Positions 63,904 through 64,000 of a DNA stretch of 64,000 nt are shown one piece after another. Each line of letters starts with the position of its first letter. Position 1 is the first letter of the stretch. A program made the translations under genes and the position numbers. The DNA comes from Eledone cirrhosa (lineage: Eukaryota), in the NCBI GenBank assembly GCA_964016885.1, contig OZ024740.1, positions 284,456,001-284,520,000 on the forward strand, read 5' to 3'. Under the pieces are notes generated by a model, which was not told the DNA's origin, did not search any database, and was given only the letters and a program-made list of their open reading frames with translations.

Positions 63904-64000
63904 ATGGCATACCAATTCTAGTTTCCATAGAATAAATGCTATTGCTCACAATATTGACAGCATGGGTTCATTAGTTTGTTATAATGATTATAGTATGTAG

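Overview
AT-rich, microsatellite-dense animal genomic DNA; the repeat content suggests an octopod cephalopod (inferred, not proven). Two convergent genes can be assembled by hand. (1) The last two exons of an M14A metallocarboxypeptidase on + (2222-2306, 4223-4404), with unusual S1' pocket residues. (2) A complete five-coding-exon, 420-aa synaptotagmin-family gene on - (57915 to 25710; TM + C2A + C2B) with consistent splice phases. The rest is mostly repeats: CR1, several RTE lineages, an R4/Dong-type RLE element in (CATA)n, Penelope-like element (PLE) relics, a deleted mariner, piggyBac/Tc1-mariner/hAT-type MITEs, two abundant tRNA-derived SINE families and SINE-derived minisatellites. The most striking unexplained structure is about a dozen 0.1-0.6 kb fold-back (palindromic) elements of several families. 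Most sit in (TA)n tracts, often in trains. Many carry a pair of outward-facing minimal type I hammerhead ribozymes plus a one-sided tail, and one retains a GIY-YIG remnant that ties the group to PLE pseudo-LTRs. All alignments and folds were done by eye; none was computed.
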